Shown here in pieces: positions 58,801 to 64,000 of a stretch of 64,000 bases of DNA (position 1 is the first letter of the stretch; every line of letters starts with the position of its first letter). Origin of the DNA: Candidatus Hecatella orcuttiae (GTDB lineage Archaea > Thermoproteota > Bathyarchaeia > Hecatellales > Hecatellaceae); assembly GCA_002011035.2 (NCBI GenBank), contig MTLY02000003.1:160001-224000 (forward strand), given 5' to 3'. Under the pieces are notes generated by a model. That model did not search any database. It was not told the DNA's origin and was given only the letters and a program-made list of their open reading frames with translations. Made by a program: the position numbers and the translations under genes.

Positions 58801-59720
58801 CCTTCCACTTCGCAGGGGTTAAAGAGAGAAATGTCACCCTCGGGCTTCCTAGAATAATCGAGCTGGTGGACGCGAGGAGGGTTCCTTCCACCCCTATCAT
58901 GAACATCTACCTGAAGAAGGAGTTGCGGAAAAACAGAGAGAAGGCTGTGGAGATCGCCCGGGACATCGTTTACACCACAGTCAACAACGTGGCTTCCAGT
59001 GTCTACATCGACCATGTGAAGGCTGCTGTTGTGGTTAAGCTGTCTAGGACAAGCCTTGAGGAGCGGGGGCTCACTGCCAAAGATGTGAAGGAAGCCTTGA
59101 AGCTTCTCGGATGCGCTGTCAAGTCTGAAGGGGACATGACCATCTTGGTGAAGCCGGCTACGGTGGAGGAGTTGCCGAAGCTTCTGGACAAAGTTTCCTT
59201 CTATCACATCAAAGGAATTCACGGCATAAGGCGGGCGCTGGTGACCTTTGACAAGGGCGAGTGGACTATTCAAACCGACGGGTCGAACTTGGCGAAAATA
59301 TTAAAAGTTCCAGGCGTGGACACCACCCGAACCACCACCAACAACATCCACGAGATAGCGGCGACGCTGGGCATAGAAGCCGCCAGAAACGCCCTGATAA
59401 ACGAGATCAAAAGCGTCCTCGACGAGCAGGGTTTGGATGTCGACGTGAGGCATGTTATGCTTGTGGCTGACACCATGACCTTGGAGGGGGAGATCATGCA
59501 GATAGGCAGGCATGGAATAAGCGGGGAGAAAGCCAGCGTCCTCGCCAAGGCTGCCTTCGAAATCACCGTCCCAACCCTCATTCAAGCTTCAGTTCGAGGC
59601 TACGAAGACACTTTAAGCGGCGTGACGGAGAACGTTATCTGCGGCCAGATGATCCCTGTGGGCACGGGGACCATAGACCTTTATATGATGCCGGCGAACA
59701 AAGGATCCAATCAGGCATGA
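55884..59720 (+). CDS. rpoA: RNA polymerase largest subunit, A'/A'' fused (Rpo1)
   Basis: NADFDGDEMN and SGYMQRRL (A') plus AQSIGEPGTQMTLRTFH and GVTENVI (A'') in one 1278-aa ORF. Confidence 0.97.
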   Translation: MSAAGVFEEATKAIKKIKFSILSPQEIRKYSVVEIREADTYDEDGAPIASGLMDERLGTLEPRTRCKTCGNTAARCPGHYGHIELATPVIHVGFIKYIHELLNVFCRECGRILLPPDKIEAYVAKIENAKRETGTDPVHVYEAVKHEARKSNRCPHCMKKPMFVEFSKPTNFFEHTEEGPKPLDPSSIRARLELIHEEDLKLLGYDPSSFRPEWMILQVLPVPPVSARPSIMLESGIRSEDDLTHKLVDIIRINRRLDEYASEGGAPPLIFHELSDLLQYHVTTYLDNETSGIPPARHRSGRALRTLSQRLKGKEGRFRSNLSGKRVDFSARTVISPDPNLAINEVGVPLDIAMRLTYPEVVTEWNLEEMRKLVTNGPSTYPGALYVIRPDGKRIRLEFVADRSKIAETLLPLFIVERHLKDGDVVIFNRQPSLHRMSMMAHRVKVLPYKTFRLHLCVCPPYNADFDGDEMNLHVPQTEEAVTEALVLMQVQDQILSPRYGGPLIGAIRDFITGAYLLTRKSTYLKKSEVCSLLASIGYSGPLPEPAVTKPEPLWSGKDIFSLLLPKELDYVMKSNICQNCPECDEEDCKNDAYVVVKNGRLLMGVIDRNAVGAEKSESILHRVVKEYGSEAAKDFLNALCRMVNTYIAIEGFSYSLDELDISEEVREKIAARAREAKKRIDELTEQFRKGTLTRLPGQSLEDSFEIYAMNELAKARDDAAKLADKYFGMDNRGSMMTRSGARGSSLNIGQMTACVGQQSVRGKRIIRGYKDRALTHFKPGDPSPEARGFVYSSYRDGLSPSEFFFHAMGGREGLVDTAVRTQQSGYMQRRLINALQDIRVEYDGTVRMATGEVTQFSYGEDSVDPAKSDHGKAVNIERLIERIKLTHGKGKPAGEKYVESKVESVKSELTPLLVEELRKNLLKAKLNKAGVDYAVETTVNSYKKAKIEPGESSGIIAAQSIGEPGTQMTLRTFHFAGVKERNVTLGLPRIIELVDARRVPSTPIMNIYLKKELRKNREKAVEIARDIVYTTVNNVASSVYIDHVKAAVVVKLSRTSLEERGLTAKDVKEALKLLGCAVKSEGDMTILVKPATVEELPKLLDKVSFYHIKGIHGIRRALVTFDKGEWTIQTDGSNLAKILKVPGVDTTRTTTNNIHEIAATLGIEAARNALINEIKSVLDEQGLDVDVRHVMLVADTMTLEGEIMQIGRHGISGEKASVLAKAAFEITVPTLIQASVRGYEDTLSGVTENVICGQMIPVGTGTIDLYMMPANKGSNQA

Positions 59721-59730
59721 AAGCTGACTT

Positions 59731-60048
59731 ATGGTGATGACTTCCGTGGTTGACTTGACGAAGGCTCTGGCGATGCTCGTCAAGACGGGGAAAGTAACCT
59801 ACGGATTCAAGGAAACTCTGGAAATGTTAAAAAGCGGAAAGGCGAAGATGATCATCTTCGCCGGAAACTGCCCGGCTGAGAAAAGAGAGCAGCTGGAAAG
59901 ACTTGCGAAGCTCTCTCAGACACCCATACTTCAATATCAAGGTTCAAGCGTGGATTTGGGTTTGACTTGCGGTAAACCCTTCACGGTTTCAGTCCTAGCA
60001 GTCAGGGAAGTGGGCGATTCAAAGATTCTCAAGCTGGTGGAAAGATAA
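59731..60048 (+). CDS. rpl30e: 50S ribosomal protein L30e
   Basis: KTGKV..G, A.NCP and LG..CGKPF motifs. Confidence 0.95.
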   Translation: MVMTSVVDLTKALAMLVKTGKVTYGFKETLEMLKSGKAKMIIFAGNCPAEKREQLERLAKLSQTPILQYQGSSVDLGLTCGKPFTVSVLAVREVGDSKILKLVER

Positions 60049-60051
60049 AAA

Positions 60052-60489
60052 TTGTCTGGGAAGATCAAGCTCACCGCTGAGGAAATGCGCTACATAGCCC
60101 TCTTTGAAAGCATAACAGGTGCCACCGCCAAAGACTGCCTCATCGACAACCACCAGAACAAGCTTATCTTTGTCACCAAGGAGCATGAGGCAGGCTTAGC
60201 CGTGGGTAAAAACGGCGGCAAAGTGAAGACTTTGAAGAGGGTGACAGGCAGGGACATTGAAATCGTCGAGTACGCCGTCAACCTTCAAGATTTCATAAAA
60301 AACGCCTTCATGCCTGCGAGGATCAAGGAGATAAGAGTCACGGAGAGGCTTGACGGAAAAAAGATAGTGGTTGTGAAGGTTCATGAAGCCGACAAAGGAA
60401 TGGCCATAGGCAGAGGTGGAGAAAAAGCCGCCCGAACCAGGCAGCTGGCTAAGAGATACTTCGGCGTAGACAACATCGTCATCGTCTGA
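60052..60489 (+). CDS. nusA: archaeal NusA
   Basis: EEMRYIALFESITGA; two KH motifs (VGKNG, IGRGG). Confidence 0.95.
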   Translation: MSGKIKLTAEEMRYIALFESITGATAKDCLIDNHQNKLIFVTKEHEAGLAVGKNGGKVKTLKRVTGRDIEIVEYAVNLQDFIKNAFMPARIKEIRVTERLDGKKIVVVKVHEADKGMAIGRGGEKAARTRQLAKRYFGVDNIVIV

Positions 60490-60551
60490 GCAACCCTGTC
60501 GTGAAAGGCTAATCTTAAATTTTTCCGAAGCGTTATCAATGTTGTAGTAGG

Positions 60552-61880
60552 ATGGTATCTTTAGAGAAAAGTTGGCTGAGTGCCTACCTACCTTATTCTG
60601 AAGAGGAAAGACGGAGGATAGGGGAATTTCTCAAGGTCCGTGTTCCCAGCTACGGGTCCCTATGCTTGCACTGCAAAGGAGGCAGAATGCTCTGCGGGAA
60701 AAGCTGCTGCCCCCTCATCGTCAAAGCTGAGAAACTGCTCGGCCAACTTAGAAGCATCGACTCGGAGAAGATTCAAGGGTCCACTCCTCCCAGCGTCTTC
60801 GTGGGGAGAATAGGCTACCCCAAGGTTTACGTAGGCCCTCTCATCCCTCCCTTCCATGGAGATACGGCTTTCTTGGACACTCCTGAAACTTGGATTGGAA
60901 GGGGACTGGAGGACATCGTAAACTTCAGAAGCACCCTAGTCAGGGGGAAGTTCCCCGTCAGCGCAGACCAGCCTCTCAGGGGAGGCAGCCTCTTCGAGAA
61001 ACTTCAGGAAATGGCCTTGGCAGCAAGGCCTGTGGACGCGGAGGCCCTTTTCGCCCAGAAGCCTCAGGGAGCCATCGTCCTGAGCGATGAAGTTCAACCC
61101 TTCGGGCCCTCTGCGCCTCTCAGGGCTTTCTGGCTTTCAAACGTCCACGCGGACAGGGTCGTGGAGAAATGCTACTACGATGACGATTTAAAGGCGGGGG
61201 AGGCTGTGCTTCAACTTTATCGGGACGGGGTTCCTGTTTCAAAGATCCAGCGCTGCTTCAGTTTGGGCATGTTCGGGGACAAGGGTAGACGGCGGGTGGT
61301 GCCAACCCGGTGGAGCATCACGGCAGTGGACGAAGCGATTTCCCTCAGCTTGCTCCGAGAGGTGCGGCGGTATCCGCCCGTCGGCGAGTACAGGGTTTAC
61401 GCCTTCAAAAACTTGGACAACATCTTCACCGCTATCTTTCTCCCCGAAGCTTGGAGCTTCGAATGGATCGAAGCTTGGTTCCCTGGGACGGTTTGGAACC
61501 CTCAAGGCCGGGAGCCGGAGCTGATGGGGGACTATGAAGGATTCAGGGGGAGAACAACCTACGCTGATGTGGGCGGCTGCTACTACGCGGCTAGGCTGGC
61601 GGCGGCTGAAGCCCTCAGCCGAGAGCGAAGACAGGCGAAAGTTCTGATCCTGCGGGAGATCCGCAACGGTTACCTTCTCCCCGTGGGGGTTTGGAATGTG
61701 AGGGAAAGCGTCCGGCAGGCCTTGAAGACCCAGCCTCATAAATTTGCCAGCTTCCTGGAGGCTCTCGATTTTGCCATGAGAAACCTGTCTGTCCCCCTCA
61801 AGGCTTGGCTTCCTAGGAGCGTCATTCTCCGGCAGGCGCTGTTTCAGAGGAAGCTGGCTGATTTTTCACCCCAAGGCTGA
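60552..61880 (+). CDS. Nre-family DNA repair protein
   Basis: C..CKG...LCG...CP, PPSVFVGR.GYP, PTRWSITAVD, GGCYYA and PVGVW.VRE motifs; C-terminal PIP-like QRKLADF. Confidence 0.92.
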   Translation: MVSLEKSWLSAYLPYSEEERRRIGEFLKVRVPSYGSLCLHCKGGRMLCGKSCCPLIVKAEKLLGQLRSIDSEKIQGSTPPSVFVGRIGYPKVYVGPLIPPFHGDTAFLDTPETWIGRGLEDIVNFRSTLVRGKFPVSADQPLRGGSLFEKLQEMALAARPVDAEALFAQKPQGAIVLSDEVQPFGPSAPLRAFWLSNVHADRVVEKCYYDDDLKAGEAVLQLYRDGVPVSKIQRCFSLGMFGDKGRRRVVPTRWSITAVDEAISLSLLREVRRYPPVGEYRVYAFKNLDNIFTAIFLPEAWSFEWIEAWFPGTVWNPQGREPELMGDYEGFRGRTTYADVGGCYYAARLAAAEALSRERRQAKVLILREIRNGYLLPVGVWNVRESVRQALKTQPHKFASFLEALDFAMRNLSVPLKAWLPRSVILRQALFQRKLADFSPQG

Positions 61881-61887
61881 GCAGCCC

Positions 61888-62736
61888 ATGAGCTTCGCTG
61901 AATACGTCTGGACCCTATGCCAAAGGGCCCTCTCCCCGAGTGGTCTGCCGGGTTTAAGCTATGCTCTCAACCCTTACCAAGGCTGTGAGCATGGCTGCCT
62001 TTACTGTTATTCTCCCAGCCTTTTGGGGGACAAGGCCTTAGCCCAACGTTGGGGAAGCCTCATCAGAGTTAAGGAAAACGTGGCGGAGAAACTTCAAGAA
62101 GACCTAAGGAAAAAACGCAGAGGCCAAGTAGGGGTGGGCACCGTCACCGACCCTTACCAGCCCTTAGAAGCCCGCCTAGGGCTCACCCGTCGATGTCTGG
62201 AGCTTCTCTCCGCCTACAGGTTCCCCGTTTCCATTCAAACCAAGTCCCCCCTAGTTTTGAGGGACTTAGACCTGCTGAGGCAAGGAAGGTTCGACGTGGG
62301 CTTCACCCTGACGGCTGTGAACGAGTCAGCCCGAAGCCTTGAGCCCAAGGCACCGAGCCCTGAGGCTAGGCTTCAAGCCCTCGAAAGCCTAGCATCCGAG
62401 GGAGTGGAGACCTGGATTTTCCTAGGCCCCATCATTCCCTTTGTCAACGACGACGAAGCCAACCTCAGCTGCATTGTGAAAGCGGCAGCGTCCACCAAGA
62501 GCTCCCTCATCTATGACAGGCTGAGGCTGCACCCCGGAGTTTTGGAATCCCTCAGAGTTTTCCTCGAGGAAGTGAAGCCGAGTTTAGCCGAGCAGGTGCC
62601 CCGCCTGCTTTCCACCCGCAGCGCCTATTGGCGGGAGGTGGAGGGGAAAATTCAGAAACTCTGCCGATGGGAAGGCGTCCGCTGCGAGCCGGCCTTTCCT
62701 CCGCGTCCCCGAGAGTCTAAGCTTTTAAACTATTGA
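61888..62736 (+). CDS. SPL-like radical SAM protein
   Basis: NPYQGCEHGCLYCY, TDPYQPLE, TKS...RDLD and EP.A motifs. Confidence 0.9.
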   Translation: MSFAEYVWTLCQRALSPSGLPGLSYALNPYQGCEHGCLYCYSPSLLGDKALAQRWGSLIRVKENVAEKLQEDLRKKRRGQVGVGTVTDPYQPLEARLGLTRRCLELLSAYRFPVSIQTKSPLVLRDLDLLRQGRFDVGFTLTAVNESARSLEPKAPSPEARLQALESLASEGVETWIFLGPIIPFVNDDEANLSCIVKAAASTKSSLIYDRLRLHPGVLESLRVFLEEVKPSLAEQVPRLLSTRSAYWREVEGKIQKLCRWEGVRCEPAFPPRPRESKLLNY

Positions 62737-62765
62737 AGGACAAGCTTCACCGTGGGGAAGACCCA

Positions 62766-63884
62766 ATGTCGCTGCGGGTGGGGAAAATCATCGGGGTGGA
62801 GATAAAGCTTCACTACACTTGGTTCGTAATCTTCACCCTCGTCACCTGGACGCTGGCCCAAGGTTATATGCCCCGACAGTACCCCGGGCTGTCCCCAGCC
62901 CTCTACTGGGTTATAGGGGCAACGGCCGCCGTCATCCTCTTCGCCTCAGTTCTGTTCCATGAGCTGTGCCATTCCTACGTGGCCAAGAGGCAGGGCCTTT
63001 CCGTCCCAGCGATAACCCTCTTCCTTTTCGGAGGGGTCTCCCAGATCGCGGAGGAGCCGCCCAATCCCGACTTCGAGTTCAAGATGGCTCTCGTAGGCCC
63101 GCTGTCCAGCTTCGGCTTGGCTGCTCTGCTGGGGGTGGCGTGGTATGGGGCCCTTGGACTGAATCTGAAGCCTGAACTTGTGGCTCCTCTGCAGTACGGT
63201 GCTCTGATAAACGTTTTGCTGGGGGTCTTCAACCTCATCCCAGCCTTTCCCTTGGACGGGGGGCGTCTTCTCCGCGCTAAGGTTTGGAAGTGGAAGGACG
63301 ACCTTGTGGCTGCGACGAGGCTTTCAGTGAAGGTGTCAGAGGGCTTCGCCTACGCCTTGATGTTCACCGGCTTTTTGGTCATTCTTTTCGGAGCGTGGAT
63401 AGGCGGCTTGTGGCTGATATTCATAGGATGGTTTCTGCGAAACGGAGCTGAAGCCAGTTTAAGGCAGACCATCATAGGTCAGGCTCTCTCCGACGTGGTT
63501 GTGGGAAACGTCATGACCCCTCAGGTTGTGGCAGTGGAACCTCACCTAACAGTGGAAAAGGTGGTGGAAGAGTATTTTTACAGGTATAAGCACGGGGGTT
63601 TCCCTGTGGTTCAAGGAGGCAGATTCGAGGGAATGGTCACGGTGCACGATGTTCGGAAATTTCCTAAGGAAAGCTGGAGGGGGCTCTCGGTCAGGGACAT
63701 TATGACTCCCGCAGAGAGGATTATATCTGTTAAGCCTGACGAGCCGGCTGTAGAGGCTATGATCAAGCTTTCCCGCCATGATGTAGGCCGGCTGCCTGTC
63801 TTGAAAGAAGGCCGAATAGTAGGCATCATCACCCGCAGTGACCTTATGAAGGTGATAAAAACAAGAACCGCGCTGAGGCTTTGA
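62766..63884 (+). CDS. site-2 protease (M50) with CBS pair
   Basis: HELCH, GP.SS and FNLIPAFPLDGGR motifs plus two CBS domains; ATG 62766 (track start 62733). Confidence 0.93.
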   Translation: MSLRVGKIIGVEIKLHYTWFVIFTLVTWTLAQGYMPRQYPGLSPALYWVIGATAAVILFASVLFHELCHSYVAKRQGLSVPAITLFLFGGVSQIAEEPPNPDFEFKMALVGPLSSFGLAALLGVAWYGALGLNLKPELVAPLQYGALINVLLGVFNLIPAFPLDGGRLLRAKVWKWKDDLVAATRLSVKVSEGFAYALMFTGFLVILFGAWIGGLWLIFIGWFLRNGAEASLRQTIIGQALSDVVVGNVMTPQVVAVEPHLTVEKVVEEYFYRYKHGGFPVVQGGRFEGMVTVHDVRKFPKESWRGLSVRDIMTPAERIISVKPDEPAVEAMIKLSRHDVGRLPVLKEGRIVGIITRSDLMKVIKTRTALRL

Positions 63885-63962
63885 GGCAGCGTCTTCAAAC
63901 AAGCTTATATAGAATTTGTTCTTGATCATACCGGTTCAGCCAAAAGCCTTCAAGGTGCTACA

Positions 63963-64000
63963 ATGCCAGGAGAGTTCGCTGCTAGAAAGCTGAGGCTTAA
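63963..64000 (+). CDS. rps12: 30S ribosomal protein S12 (uS12), N-terminus only
   Basis: MPGEFAARKLRL matches the archaeal S12 N-terminus; TATA box AAGCTTATATAG at 63901-63912. Confidence 0.75.
   Translation, partial: MPGEFAARKLRL

Noticed and set aside
58281-59273. 330-aa minus-strand ORF, and similar ones at 56982-57749 and 23364-24215
   Set aside because: Antisense shadows of rpoA and rpl1/rpl10.
1-64000. CRISPR arrays, transposases, rRNA
   Set aside because: No regularly spaced repeats, transposase motifs or rRNA-like segments; the window is almost fully covered by recognisable genes.

Overview
Core-genome window of an anaerobic TACK-type archaeon. The fused RpoA, unsplit RpoB, L14e/LX, cbf5 intron, methanopterin genes and Pta-Ack suggest Bathyarchaeia, but this is inferred, not searched. 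It carries translation/transcription clusters (secE-spt5-rpl11-rpl1-rpl10-rpl12; cmk-rpl14e-cbf5; rpoH-B-A-rpl30e-nusA...rps12), chaperones, methanopterin biosynthesis genes, AOR, POR, ilvB and two intron-containing tRNAs. No CRISPR array or mobile element was found. The best candidate for an undescribed system is at 32360-36951: an operon of ACP, an atypical thiolase, a DUF35 protein, pta and ackA, with a convergent acpS, i.e. a carrier-protein-dependent acyl pathway in an archaeon. Other highlights are a canonical 20-nt BHB mRNA intron splitting the catalytic Asp codon of cbf5, a PPP phosphatase inside an mptA-mptD operon, a minimal kinase-like ORF, and widespread TTG starts with probable non-canonical starts. 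All calls come from reading motifs by eye; no database searches were run.
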